Assembly: GCA_048938025.1 (NCBI GenBank)
Contig: JBHLMP010000002.1
Coordinates: forward strand, 62,088-126,087
DNA: 64,000 nt
Source of the DNA: Promethearchaeota archaeon
GTDB taxonomy: Archaea; Asgardarchaeota; Lokiarchaeia; Sigyniarchaeales; SOKP01
Direction of reading: 5' to 3'
Below, one piece after another: positions 47,891 to 58,616 of the stretch; the stretch's first letter is position 1, and each line of letters begins with the position of its first letter. The notes under the pieces are model-generated. The model was given only the letters and a program-made list of their open reading frames with translations, was not told the origin of the DNA and made no database searches. The position numbers and the translations under genes are program-made.

Positions 47891-48781
47891 TTATCTTTTA
47901 GCTGGAGATGCATAACAATAAGCACAGTTATGCTTACACCGAAAAATACCTGTATATCCACCAATATCTTTTGATTTAAAACATCCACAGTCTTTTCTTT
48001 GTCCTGAATCTTTTATCTTTGGAATTAATTCACCTAATAATTGTTCAATTTTATATGCATCAATACAATGTGCTTGTTCTATACCTTTAATATTCAGTAA
48101 ATCTGGTTGACAACATGCTTTCATTTTTAAATTATGATTGTCACAAATTTCGATTAGTTTTATTAAAATCTCTCTTTTTTTCTCAATAGAAGGATCGATA
48201 GGGATATATCCTCTCATCTTCATTCGATTATTAACTTTTGTATATATTGTCGCAAAAGAGAAAATGATTTCTTTCAATCCAAAAGAAGAGACTTTCTCTA
48301 TTATATAGCTGAATTTATTTAAATTATTCTTGATTTTGTTTGATCTTTTTAATTTATAAAAGATTATAGGATCATATCTATAATTGACTGCCATTTTCCC
48401 AAATTCATTAATAAGCCATTCTAATTGATTTAACCTTTCTTCTAAACCAACACCTAAATCACCTTCCAATTCAGAAGGAGAGTTTATCGTAAATTGAAAA
48501 GAATGTGCCTTATATGATTTAAAAAGATCTTGATGACTTTGATAATAAGTTATCCAATTTTTAAAATTTTTTGACCACCAAACCCAGCATTTCACATCTT
48601 CAGGTTTCAGAGAAACTCTTGCAACCTGGGAAGGATAAAACGGATTAGATACATCCACATATCCAATCTGAATCCTATTAATAACCCAATCCATCAAGAA
48701 TGCTGGTATATCAGTTCTACGGGAACAAGAGATTATGGGTGATTTAATTATTCGTTTAGTACTGAATGAATTGGGAATCAT
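47891..48781 (-). CDS. DUF1848 family protein
   Basis: IIS.SRRTDIPAF, WSKN, RYDPI, QRKDCGC..SKDIG, C.HNCAYCYA. Confidence 0.88.
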   Translation of the reverse strand: MIPNSFSTKRIIKSPIISCSRRTDIPAFLMDWVINRIQIGYVDVSNPFYPSQVARVSLKPEDVKCWVWWSKNFKNWITYYQSHQDLFKSYKAHSFQFTINSPSELEGDLGVGLEERLNQLEWLINEFGKMAVNYRYDPIIFYKLKRSNKIKNNLNKFSYIIEKVSSFGLKEIIFSFATIYTKVNNRMKMRGYIPIDPSIEKKREILIKLIEICDNHNLKMKACCQPDLLNIKGIEQAHCIDAYKIEQLLGELIPKIKDSGQRKDCGCFKSKDIGGYTGIFRCKHNCAYCYASPAKR

Positions 48782-48913
48782 ATTTTATTATGACTTTTAA
48801 AATTTAATTAAATTTTCTAGGATTTTTTGATTGAAATTAACCACCAAAAACCTAATTAGTTTGATAGACTATAAAAGGAAAAATAAAAGATAAAATAAAT
48901 ATTTTAAATATTT

Positions 48914-49936
48914 ATGATTCCTTCGATTGAGTGGGTTAGTAACAAGGTTAAAATGATTGATCAAACTCAGCTACCCCATGAACTTAAATTCCTTGAGTTT
49001 GATAATTATAGAGATGTTGCAACTGCTATTAAAATTATGAAAATAAGAGGAGCACCAGCTATAGGTGTCGCTGCAGCTATGGGATTAGCCCTTGCGACTA
49101 TTGAATATAAATTGTTGCCAAAAGAAAAGTTTATTGAAAAAATGGGGGATGCTGCGGATATTATAAGAAATACTAGGCCAACAGCTTCAAATTTATTTTG
49201 GGCAATAGATAGAATTTGGAAAATAATAAGCGAATATCCAGACAATCCATCAAATTTATCTGAACTTGTAATAGAGGAAGCTCAACTTATGGCACAAGAA
49301 GATATTAATGTTAATAAAGCAATTGGAAAAAATGGAGCTACTTTATTAAAAAATGGAGATACTGTATTAACTCATTGTAATGCTGGCTCTCTAGCAACTG
49401 TTCAATATGGTACTGCTTTAGCACCTGTTAGAGCTGCAATAGAGGAGGGAAAAAGAATTAGCGTGATCGCTGATGAAACAAGACCTCGATTACAAGGAGC
49501 AAGATTAACTGCTTACGAACTTCAATACGATAAGATACCCGTTAAGGTTATTTCAGATACCTCTTCAGGATTATTAATGCGATTAGGAAAAATTAATAAA
49601 GTTATAGTAGGAACGGATAGAGTGACTTCTGACGCAATTTTTAATAAAATTGGAACGTATTTAGTTGCATTAGCAGCTAATGATAATGATATACCCTTTT
49701 ATGTAGCAGCTCCTACTTCCACTCTTTCACTTCAAGAAATTACTGATGATGTAACAATTGAGCAACGAGATAGCAGTGAGGTAAGTAAAGTTTTAGGAAA
49801 GGTTCAAATTGTACCTGACGGAGTTGAATGTCTAAATTATGCATTTGATATTACTCCTTTTAGATTGGTTACAGGAATAATTACTGAAGATGGTGTATTT
49901 ACACCTGATGAACTCTTAAATAAATATAAAAACTGA
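48914..49936 (+). CDS. mtnA: S-methyl-5-thioribose-1-phosphate isomerase
   Basis: DQ..LP, RGAPAIG, TRPTA.NL, LTHCNAG.LAT, ETRP.LQGARLT, NKIGTY. Confidence 0.92.
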   Translation: MIPSIEWVSNKVKMIDQTQLPHELKFLEFDNYRDVATAIKIMKIRGAPAIGVAAAMGLALATIEYKLLPKEKFIEKMGDAADIIRNTRPTASNLFWAIDRIWKIISEYPDNPSNLSELVIEEAQLMAQEDINVNKAIGKNGATLLKNGDTVLTHCNAGSLATVQYGTALAPVRAAIEEGKRISVIADETRPRLQGARLTAYELQYDKIPVKVISDTSSGLLMRLGKINKVIVGTDRVTSDAIFNKIGTYLVALAANDNDIPFYVAAPTSTLSLQEITDDVTIEQRDSSEVSKVLGKVQIVPDGVECLNYAFDITPFRLVTGIITEDGVFTPDELLNKYKN

Positions 49937-49953
49937 TTTAATTCTTAAATTAT

Positions 49954-50934
49954 TTACATATTATTTAATACCAGTTCAAGTTGCTCTAGATTCTTAGTAT
50001 TGCTTATCTGCCTTCTTATAATTGCAGAATTTTTAATATTTCTTGCTAGCCATATAGAGTTCCTTTTAAGTTCCGTAAATTTATATTCATTAATATCGCA
50101 AGGCAGTGTAATTCCATTTAGAAATTCATCTAAGCATTTTTTATAAATCTCGATATTCTTTTTCATTATTTTTTCATCATTTATAAAGAGAACTTCTTTC
50201 CCTGTGGTAAAGTACTCATGGATTTGATTAAATATTTGTGGATTTCCCATAGATTCTCTACCAATCATTAATGCATCAACATTAGTGTAATTAATAAAGC
50301 ATTTAGCCGCATTAGGACTAGCAATATCCCCATTCCCTACTAAAGGAATTATTAAATTTTCTTTTAATTTTTTTACGATGTCTAAATTTAAGGAAGTGTT
50401 TTCAAAAAAACTCTTAACCGTTCTAGCATGGATTGTTAAAAAAGCGATCCCAGAATTGTTTGCTATTTTAGCAAATTCTTTGATATTATTCGAATTCTCG
50501 AAACCCGTTCTAATCTTGAGAGAGACAGGTTTAGAAGAGTTATTTACTGCAATTTTTACCAAATTCTCAAGTTTTTCTAAGTCTTTTAATAAATATCCCC
50601 CTTCTTTAGCTTTAATTGCTCTTTTAGAGGGACAACCAGCGTTTATGTCTAACACGTCAAATTTATAGCTTTCAAGATAGTCTATAGTTCTTTTAAGAGA
50701 TATAGGATCAGAACTAATTAGTTGAACACTAATTGGTCTTTCTTCTTCAATCTTACATAAATCATGAGAAATATCTTCCGGATTCTTTTCAATTCGCTTT
50801 GTATATAACATTGGGACACAAACTAATCCAATTTTATGAAACTTTCGGCAAAATCTTCTATAAGGACCAGTAGTTACGTTTTGCATAGGCGCTAAAATAT
50901 ACCTATTTTCTAAATAAAGTGATCCTAGTTTCAT
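49954..50934 (-). CDS. dus: tRNA-dihydrouridine synthase (Dus family)
   Basis: LAPM, VQL, DINAGCP, SLKIRTG, IHART, GNGDI, MIGR...GNP. Confidence 0.9.
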   Translation of the reverse strand: MKLGSLYLENRYILAPMQNVTTGPYRRFCRKFHKIGLVCVPMLYTKRIEKNPEDISHDLCKIEEERPISVQLISSDPISLKRTIDYLESYKFDVLDINAGCPSKRAIKAKEGGYLLKDLEKLENLVKIAVNNSSKPVSLKIRTGFENSNNIKEFAKIANNSGIAFLTIHARTVKSFFENTSLNLDIVKKLKENLIIPLVGNGDIASPNAAKCFINYTNVDALMIGRESMGNPQIFNQIHEYFTTGKEVLFINDEKIMKKNIEIYKKCLDEFLNGITLPCDINEYKFTELKRNSIWLARNIKNSAIIRRQISNTKNLEQLELVLNNM

Positions 50935-51044
50935 GATTTCCTAGAAATTATTCTCAAGAATTATTTATAATCTATTAAAATGAAATTTTTTTATAAAATC
51001 AAATTTACTATTATTAAACAAACCTATAATATTTAAATTGTAAA

Positions 51045-51554
51045 ATGTCTGATTTTCTTAGAGAATTTGAATTTAAAAAACCACCAAAAGAAATCGCATA
51101 TTTTGAAAAGGAACCTTTAAAATTAAATAAAGATTTTGTTTTTTTTCATAATAAAAGCAAATTCAGAAAGGAATTGACTAGACTTCAGTATCTATTTAGA
51201 TCTTACACAAAAATTGCACTTAATGCTTTTGGAATAAGAGATAGCTATATAAATAAAGAATATTCTGATAAATACTTAGTTTTATTATTTACTACAAATG
51301 AAATCATTAAAGATGCTAATCAAATTATCAAAATCCATTCAGAAATAGAAATAAAAAATGGATGTTTTTATCTTGTTTCAAATTCAAAATATATGTTACT
51401 CTTGGCAAAAGATATGGGAGGTTTAGTTTTCGGAATAGATACAATTGAAGATCTCTTTAAGCAAGTAATGGAGGATTATTTAAACAAGAAAAATTTTGAT
51501 GATTATATAAAAATCCGTTCCTTTAAATTATTAGACTGTATCAAATCTTCTTAA
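51045..51554 (+). CDS. Stand-alone GH20 N-terminal (beta-hexosaminidase domain 2)-like protein
   Basis: PPKEI...L start and F.L......LLAKD.GGL.FG.DT.E.L...I....LD end. No catalytic barrel follows. Confidence 0.6.
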   Translation: MSDFLREFEFKKPPKEIAYFEKEPLKLNKDFVFFHNKSKFRKELTRLQYLFRSYTKIALNAFGIRDSYINKEYSDKYLVLLFTTNEIIKDANQIIKIHSEIEIKNGCFYLVSNSKYMLLLAKDMGGLVFGIDTIEDLFKQVMEDYLNKKNFDDYIKIRSFKLLDCIKSS

Positions 51555-51614
51555 TCAATAATAAAAAAAAAGGATAATAAGTATTAAGTTATTTCTTCCC
51601 TTACCGAATTTTTT

Positions 51615-51767
51615 TTATAAAATATATGGAGTAAAACTAGTTAGAAGTAGAATTAGAAAAATATTATAACTCGGTATATCTTTTTTACCATCTCCGTTAG
51701 TAGTAACTCCATTTAGATTATTGATCAAAATGTAACCATTAAATATAAATCTATTAGGGCATGATTT
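51615..51767 (-). pseudogene. Remnant of the 3' end of a surface-protein gene with a Loki-CTERM-like tail
   Basis: ATG-less frame ...NGVTTNGDGKKDIPSYNIFLILLLTSFTPYIL*KK matches linker, IP(G/S)Y, TM helix and basic tail. Confidence 0.45.
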
Positions 51768-51816
51768 CTACTAAATTTGACTAATTAGTGTAAATAAAGG
51801 AATTAGAAAAAGAAAA

Positions 51817-53532
51817 TTAGCTAACAAATTTCCAGGGTTTTTGTCTTTTTAACTTATATGCTTTTTCAGCGTATTCTTCAACCATCCGATGAGTATTGAA
51901 ATAAGCTGCTAAAGAGATTGCATTTTTTTGCCTAAATATCCATTCATCATGATTCATATATGTTGGAATAATCTCATTTTCAAGAGTTTTATATATATAA
52001 TTAGCGTCGACGTCCCAATTATTTTCCATAGCTTTAGGATCAGAATCATCTGGTCCAATTGCCCATCCTGCTAAAGGATTCATTTTATAACCTTCAAGCC
52101 ACCAACCATCTTGGACTGATAGATTTAATCCTCCATTTAAAGCTGCCTTCATTCCACTAGTCCCACTAGCCTCACGATATCTATCTGGAGTATTAAGCCA
52201 AATATCACAACCACTAACTAACATATGTGCAAGGTCCATATTATAATTCTCCATCATTACAACTTTTACTCCATAATTATCATATAAATATTCACCTGTT
52301 TTATGGATCTCTTTTATATAATCTTTTCCCTTTTGATCTTTGGGGTGGGCTTTCCCTGCAAAAATAAATTGGACATTATTTTTACATATTTTACCTAATC
52401 TATCAACATCATGAAAGATTATAACTGCTCTTTTATATGTAGCAAAACGTTTAGCAAAACCTATTGTTATTAATTCTTCATCAAGCAAATTCCAACTATG
52501 TCCCTTTTGATAACTAATTAGATTAAATTTGTTCTTAATATGAGCATCAAAAATGTCTAAATCATCTAGTTCGATTGCATTTTCAAGAACATGAGGATTA
52601 GCCCTCCAATTTGGCCATTTTATGCTAAATATTTTTCTAAAAGGCTTAGAAACCCAAAAAGGCAAATGAATCCCATTCGTAATATAGTCAACCTCATATT
52701 GTGGGAACATTTTACTTGAGATCTCACCATGTTTTTTAGCAACCCCATTTCTATATCGAGATAAAGCCATACCCAAAAAAGTCATGTTAAACTGACCATT
52801 ATCTTCCGCATATTTTCGAATTTCTGCAGGCATTCTACTTCCGAATACCTTATCAACTAGACTTTGATCAAATCTGTCATGCCCTGCAGGAACAGGTGTA
52901 TGTGTTGTAAAAACCACTTTATTCTTTACTTTTTCAATATCACCATTTAACATATTGAACAATTCAACTATAGCAAAAGAGCCATGACCTTCATTAAGAT
53001 GGTATGTTTGAATATTGTTATACCCCAAAGATTTTAAAAGTTTAACCCCCCCAATACCTAATATCATTTCTTGTACAATTCTATTCCATCTTGAAGTAGA
53101 ATCGTATAAAGAACCTGTCATTTTTTTCATCCATTCTTCATTTCCCTCAACATCAGTTGTTAATAAATAAATAGGTAATACATGACCAGATTGACCTATA
53201 ACATTATATTTCCATGCTGAAACCATTACATCTTTATTTTCTATTTTTATAGTAATTGGCTCTGGTACCCTCTCGAACTCATAAAAGAAATTCCATTCAA
53301 TTTCTCTTTCTTTTTGTTCTCCATATTCATTAAAAAATTGATAAAAATAACCTGAACTGTAACATAAACATATTCCAACCATGGGAAGTTCTAAATCCGC
53401 TGCTGATCGTACTGTATCTCCAGATAAAACCCCTAAACCTCCACTATACGTTGGAATATTCGAATCTACAGCTATCTCCATTGAAATATAACCTAATAAC
53501 GTATTCTCTTTAAGAGATTCGGTAATTTCCAT
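51817..53532 (-). CDS. glgP: Alpha-glucan phosphorylase
   Basis: YSGGLGVL.GD, HLNEGH, FTTHTPV.AGHD, ITNG.H, RFATYKR, EASGTSGMK PLP motif. Confidence 0.95.
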   Translation of the reverse strand: MEITESLKENTLLGYISMEIAVDSNIPTYSGGLGVLSGDTVRSAADLELPMVGICLCYSSGYFYQFFNEYGEQKEREIEWNFFYEFERVPEPITIKIENKDVMVSAWKYNVIGQSGHVLPIYLLTTDVEGNEEWMKKMTGSLYDSTSRWNRIVQEMILGIGGVKLLKSLGYNNIQTYHLNEGHGSFAIVELFNMLNGDIEKVKNKVVFTTHTPVPAGHDRFDQSLVDKVFGSRMPAEIRKYAEDNGQFNMTFLGMALSRYRNGVAKKHGEISSKMFPQYEVDYITNGIHLPFWVSKPFRKIFSIKWPNWRANPHVLENAIELDDLDIFDAHIKNKFNLISYQKGHSWNLLDEELITIGFAKRFATYKRAVIIFHDVDRLGKICKNNVQFIFAGKAHPKDQKGKDYIKEIHKTGEYLYDNYGVKVVMMENYNMDLAHMLVSGCDIWLNTPDRYREASGTSGMKAALNGGLNLSVQDGWWLEGYKMNPLAGWAIGPDDSDPKAMENNWDVDANYIYKTLENEIIPTYMNHDEWIFRQKNAISLAAYFNTHRMVEEYAEKAYKLKRQKPWKFVS

Positions 53533-53691
53533 TATTCTCCCAAATTTTCTTTAATTTTAATTTGAAAAATTGTATTTATTTTAGTGATATATATTATTCT
53601 TAAAATTCTTATTTTAAATTCTTATGTTTAAAGGAAGATTATAAAATCAAATAACTCTAAAAAACATTAATTTTTAGTAATAAATACCACA

Positions 53692-54441
53692 ATGCTGATA
53701 AAAGGAATTTTTTTTGATCTTTACGGAACACTGTTAACTAGTAAAAACAGTAAAAAAGCATGGAAAAATTGGTTTTTGACATTTTATAAATGTTTAAAAA
53801 ATTATGGATTAGATTCATCTAAAAAAATTTTTGCGAGATTGTGTAATAACTTCTTTACAAAACCAGAACCTTCTATATTGCATAAAAATTTAACTGTTTA
53901 TGAAAATCGTATTAAAAACTTTTCCGATACTTTAGGTTTAAAACTTAAAGAATCAGAGATAAAAGAAACTGCTCATGCTTGTGTTGATGCTTGGCATAAG
54001 TATGTAAGAATTGATTTAGATGCAATTCCTTTATTGAATGAACTTAAAAAATCTAAAAAAGTAGCCTTAATTACTAATTTTGACCATCCCCCTTATATTT
54101 ATTCGATTTTAAATAAATACAATTTTATTAAGTATTTCGATGAGATCACTATTTCAGGAGAAGTAGGATTTAAAAAACCAGATCCATCCATCTTTTTTAT
54201 TACCCTAAAAAGAATGAATTTAGAATCTCAAGATGTTATTTATGTTGGAGATAGTAAGGAAGATATTATTGGTGCAACTAACGCGGAAATTAAACCGATT
54301 TTAATTCAACGTAAAAAAATGATTAGAGATGATTATGGCACAAAAAACGTTTTTAAATTTATGAACATCGAAGATTTAAAACAACTTAATTATACAAAGA
54401 TTTCAAATTTGAAGGAAATATTAGATTTAGTTAAGAACTAA
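53692..54441 (+). CDS. HAD-superfamily hydrolase
   Basis: FDLYGTL, ITN, KKPDP.IF, YVGDS..DI.GA. Confidence 0.9.
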   Translation: MLIKGIFFDLYGTLLTSKNSKKAWKNWFLTFYKCLKNYGLDSSKKIFARLCNNFFTKPEPSILHKNLTVYENRIKNFSDTLGLKLKESEIKETAHACVDAWHKYVRIDLDAIPLLNELKKSKKVALITNFDHPPYIYSILNKYNFIKYFDEITISGEVGFKKPDPSIFFITLKRMNLESQDVIYVGDSKEDIIGATNAEIKPILIQRKKMIRDDYGTKNVFKFMNIEDLKQLNYTKISNLKEILDLVKN

Positions 54442-54492
54442 AAAACCACTAATAAAAGTTATAAGAAAATATTAAAAAAGTTAATTAAATCT

Positions 54493-55155
54493 TTATAGTT
54501 TTAATGGTTTATTTTTTAAAAGCTCTACTTTGATTTGAGAATCCTTCCTTGCTAAAATATTTTTATATTCCTGCATCTTTTTATCCCAATTATGCATTGG
54601 GATTACAATTTTAGCCTTAATATCTACTGCAACATCTGTGGATTCTTCAAAATCCATCGTGTACATTCCTCCACAAGGTAACATGGCTACATCAATATTT
54701 CTTGACGCTAACTCTTTCATTTCTGGAATTCTTTCAGTATCTCCTGCATGATAAATCTTCTTTCCTTCAATCTCCAATATTGTACCTGCCCAATTCCTTT
54801 CTTTTGGATGAAATGGTTCTCCGGACTCTCTTTTTCTTTTTATATTATATGCAGGAATAAACTCAATTTTAATATCATCGACTTTGAAAGGTTCATATAA
54901 TTTCAATCCCTTTCCCTTGTATTTATCTAATACTTTTGAAATACTTATTGGACCTAAAACTAATGTTGAATCTTTTAAAATATGATTTATTGATTCCTCA
55001 TCAAAATGATCTCCGTGATCATGACTACTGATAATAATATCTGCTTTTTCTTCACCCTTGGGAACTTTAAAAGGATCTAAATAAACTATTATACCACTTT
55101 CTGTTTTAATTTTAAAAGCAGCATGTTTTAACCAAAATATTTCCAAATAGCACAC
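54493..55155 (-). CDS. MBL-fold metallohydrolase
   Basis: HAAF, LDP, SHDHGDH, YHAGDT, IPMH. Confidence 0.88.
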   Translation of the reverse strand: MCYLEIFWLKHAAFKIKTESGIIVYLDPFKVPKGEEKADIIISSHDHGDHFDEESINHILKDSTLVLGPISISKVLDKYKGKGLKLYEPFKVDDIKIEFIPAYNIKRKRESGEPFHPKERNWAGTILEIEGKKIYHAGDTERIPEMKELASRNIDVAMLPCGGMYTMDFEESTDVAVDIKAKIVIPMHNWDKKMQEYKNILARKDSQIKVELLKNKPLKL

Positions 55156-55157
55156 CT

Positions 55158-55814
55158 TTAAATTTTCAATGTTCTATTTTCTAATATTTCTACCTTAATA
55201 GTGGGATCTTTCTTTTCGAGAAGTTCCTTAAACTCATTTAAATCTTTTCCCCAATGATGCATAGGAACAACAATTTCTGGTTTTATATCTAACGCTGCTT
55301 CAATAGCTTCTTCAAAATCCATAGTGTAAATTCCCCCACAAGGTAATAAAGCGACTGTTATGTTCCTTTTTGCTAAATCTTTCATTTCAGGTATTCTTCC
55401 CGTATCTCCAGCATGATAAACACTTTTACCACCTGATTCAATTATTGTACCCGCCCATTCATTGCTTTTAGGATGTGTATTCTTTTTTATTGTATAAGCT
55501 GGAAATAATTCGATAGATAAATCTTTATAGTCAAAAGAATCCCCAATTCTTAATGGTTGACCATTGAATTGTTTCAAACTACTAGCAATACTCGCAGGAC
55601 CTAATAAAACAGTGTCCTCTCTCATTAACTTTTTAATGCTACTTGAATCAAAATGATCTCCGTGAGTATGTGATGTTACGATTATATCTGCTTTTTCAGC
55701 TCCTTTAGGAATATCATACGGATCTAGATAAATAATTCTTCCACTAAAGAGTTTAATCTTAAACGCTGCTTGTCCAAACCATTCTATTTCCATTTGTGTT
55801 TCCAATTGTTCCAC
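55158..55814 (-). CDS. MBL-fold metallohydrolase (tandem paralog)
   Basis: SHTHGDH, YHAGDT, VPMH. Highly similar to 54493..55155. Confidence 0.88.
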   Translation of the reverse strand: MEQLETQMEIEWFGQAAFKIKLFSGRIIYLDPYDIPKGAEKADIIVTSHTHGDHFDSSSIKKLMREDTVLLGPASIASSLKQFNGQPLRIGDSFDYKDLSIELFPAYTIKKNTHPKSNEWAGTIIESGGKSVYHAGDTGRIPEMKDLAKRNITVALLPCGGIYTMDFEEAIEAALDIKPEIVVPMHHWGKDLNEFKELLEKKDPTIKVEILENRTLKI

Positions 55815-55929
55815 CTCTTTAAATTTTATTTAGTAAATAAGCTATAAATTATATTTATGATTTAAAGATTTATAACTATAATTTGATATATAATTATTTA
55901 AAATTAATAAATGAAGGATAAGAAAATAA

Positions 55930-56304
55930 TTAATCTTTTTCAAATTTCCACTCTGGGCTTTCGAGTGATGCCTTTTTACTAATCCCAAACTTATCAAATT
56001 TGGTTAAATCTAATTCATTTAGACGCTCTGAAAACATTTTATTTTTAAAGTTAGGGATTTCATTAAACAAATTTGGTCTTGAAATTAAATTAATCAGATT
56101 TGAATTACTATTAACTTTTTTAGGAAGTAATTCTTTTAAAATTTCCTGATCATCACGATAATTTTTTTTAAATAAGGGATTTTCAATTTTTAAAAAAGCA
56201 TTATCCTTTGTATCAAGAAAATTTATTGGTAATGTAGATCTAATTATTCGACAAGTAGGACAGTTTGTCTCATCTAAACCGTGAATACAAATCAATTCAT
56301 TCAT
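55930..56304 (-). CDS. Hypothetical protein with N-terminal CxH...CPxC motif
   Basis: CIHGLDETNCPTC, a putative metal site. Confidence 0.6.
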   Translation of the reverse strand: MNELICIHGLDETNCPTCRIIRSTLPINFLDTKDNAFLKIENPLFKKNYRDDQEILKELLPKKVNSNSNLINLISRPNLFNEIPNFKNKMFSERLNELDLTKFDKFGISKKASLESPEWKFEKD

Positions 56305-56597
56305 TCTCTGTGATTTAATTTAATTCTGAATAATTCGAATTAATTTTATCTTATATTTTTTGTTATTATAAAAATGAATAGTATTTTCGTATTAAAATTT
56401 CTATCAATTTTAAAGTTAATATCATTCTTTTATCATTAATAATATTTTTTTTGTATTTACTTTCTTAGAAGATGAGATATAATTGATTTTTTGAAAAATT
56501 TTTAAATTTAAAGCAATTACTTTTTATATCCAAAATTACTAATTAAAATTCGCAAGCTAAGTAAAAATTCTTAATAAAAAAAGACGAGTGTTTAAAA

Positions 56598-58367
56598 ATG
56601 GCAGAATGGCAAGTAAATGAAGATAAAGCTTGGTTTAAGAAGTGGTGGCCAAAAGATACTCCAAAGAATTACAATTTTGAAAAAATATCATTAGGAGATT
56701 TTTTTGAAAAGCAACGAAAGAAGTATGCTAATGAACCCATGATGTGGTTTTTAGAATCATGGATGACATATGAAGAGGCTGGTAAGGCAATAGATTCCTT
56801 AGGAACTGCTCTTCATAATTTAGGAATAAAGAAAGGAGAAGTAATAGCACTCTTATTACCAAATAGTTTTCAATATGTAATTAGTTTTTATGCAACCGTA
56901 AAAATTGGTGCTATTGTTACTGGAATAAATACAACCTATAAACCATTAGAGATCTTACACCATCTTAAACTGACTAATGCTAAAGTTTTAATTGTATTAG
57001 ATGCATTGTATGGTGAATTAGCCCGTCCAATAATTAATAAAACAAATGTTGAAAAGGTTATATATACTAATGTAGCTGATCTAGCATCTGGTATAGCAGG
57101 TTGGAAAAAAGGGCTAGGAAAAATGATTGGAAAGATACCTAAGGGAAAAGTTGATTTTCCTGGAGCAATTCAGTTTTTAGATTTGCTTAAAACTGAAGCT
57201 GGCCTACCAAAAGTGGATTTTGATCCAACTGAACATACAGCAACATATATAATGACCGGTGGAACAACTGGAATTCCTAAAGCTACTGTTTTAACACATT
57301 TTAACTTGGTCTCAAATGCAACGCAAGCTGTTTTATGGGTAGGGGGCGAAGACCCGGGCGTTGGAGATATTGGGGCATTACCATTATTCCATTCTTTTGC
57401 TATGACAGCTGTTATGAATGTTGCTATTGGTTTAGGAGGATGGATGATGTTATTCCCGAGACCTCCTCCAACTAATGTATTTCTAAAAGAAATTACTCAT
57501 ATTTCTGCTCCTAAGGGATTGTTTTATGCTGGAGCAGAAATTTTATTTAAAAGAATTGCTGATTTCCCCGAATTAAATCGTTTTCCAGGTTTAATGGGAA
57601 GATTAAGACTATGTATTTCAGGTGCTGGACCTTTGCATGCTCCTGTACAACAGTCATTTCAAGCTAATACGCGTGGAAGAATTGTTGAAGGATATGGTCT
57701 CTCAGAAGCATCTCCCGTAGTTAGTGCTGGGAATTTATTTGGTGAAAGTCCTGTTGGTGTAATTGGTATGCCAATGACTGGTACTGATTGGGGAATTTTT
57801 GATGTAGATGATTTTGGGAAAAAACCAATAGCAGATGGCTCATCAAAATCAAAATATGGAGAAGAAAATACAGGTGAACTATGCGTCTGTGGACCGCAAG
57901 TTATGAAAGGTTATCTAGATCAACCTGAAGAAACAAACGATACTTTAAAAACATGGGATGGTAGAACATGGCTTCTTACTGGTGATATCGGTTTTATGAA
58001 TGAAGATGGAACAGTAGCTCTTAGGGACAGGAAAAAGCAATTAATTAAAGTAGCGGGTCACTCAGTTTTTCCAGCTGAAGTTGAAACGATGTTAATGAGT
58101 AATGAAGCAGTATCAGAAGCTGCTGTAGCTGGCCTACCTGACCCCGCAGGAAAAGTTGGTGAAATAACAAAAGCATGGGTTACGTTAAAACCAGGATATA
58201 AGGGTAAAATCACTGAAGAACAATTAATAGCTTGGACTGAAAAGAATATGACCAAGTGGAAATGTCCTGCTATTATAGAATTCATTGATGAAGTTCCGAA
58301 AGATATGATAGGAAAAGTTCAAAGACGTATATTACAAGAAGCAGATCCATTATTTAAAAAAAAGTAA
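56598..58367 (+). CDS. fadD: Long-chain fatty acid--CoA ligase (AMP-binding)
   Basis: TGGTTGIPK, EGYGLSEASP, GELCVCGPQVMKGY, TGD, DRKK, GKV.RR. Confidence 0.9.
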   Translation: MAEWQVNEDKAWFKKWWPKDTPKNYNFEKISLGDFFEKQRKKYANEPMMWFLESWMTYEEAGKAIDSLGTALHNLGIKKGEVIALLLPNSFQYVISFYATVKIGAIVTGINTTYKPLEILHHLKLTNAKVLIVLDALYGELARPIINKTNVEKVIYTNVADLASGIAGWKKGLGKMIGKIPKGKVDFPGAIQFLDLLKTEAGLPKVDFDPTEHTATYIMTGGTTGIPKATVLTHFNLVSNATQAVLWVGGEDPGVGDIGALPLFHSFAMTAVMNVAIGLGGWMMLFPRPPPTNVFLKEITHISAPKGLFYAGAEILFKRIADFPELNRFPGLMGRLRLCISGAGPLHAPVQQSFQANTRGRIVEGYGLSEASPVVSAGNLFGESPVGVIGMPMTGTDWGIFDVDDFGKKPIADGSSKSKYGEENTGELCVCGPQVMKGYLDQPEETNDTLKTWDGRTWLLTGDIGFMNEDGTVALRDRKKQLIKVAGHSVFPAEVETMLMSNEAVSEAAVAGLPDPAGKVGEITKAWVTLKPGYKGKITEEQLIAWTEKNMTKWKCPAIIEFIDEVPKDMIGKVQRRILQEADPLFKKK

Positions 58368-58616
58368 CCTAAATTGTTATAAAAATTTTCTTTTTTTCTT
58401 TTTATTAATCAAAGATTCATAAACATGGTTTTTTACAAATATAAGATAAGTAGTAAAAGAAAAATCTTACGTAATGAAGATTATATAGAAGTTCGAATAT
58501 TCAAGTTTGAATATTATTAGAAAAGATGAAAAAAGAGATAATAGGTTAAATTTTAATTTTAATTTTAATTCTTTTATAAAATAGTTAAGTTCATTACGTT
58601 ACAACAAGTCTTAAAA

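Noticed and set aside
58496-58515. Dyad AATATTCAA-GT-TTGAATATT
   Set aside because: Very AT-rich, single occurrence, and no linked regulator.
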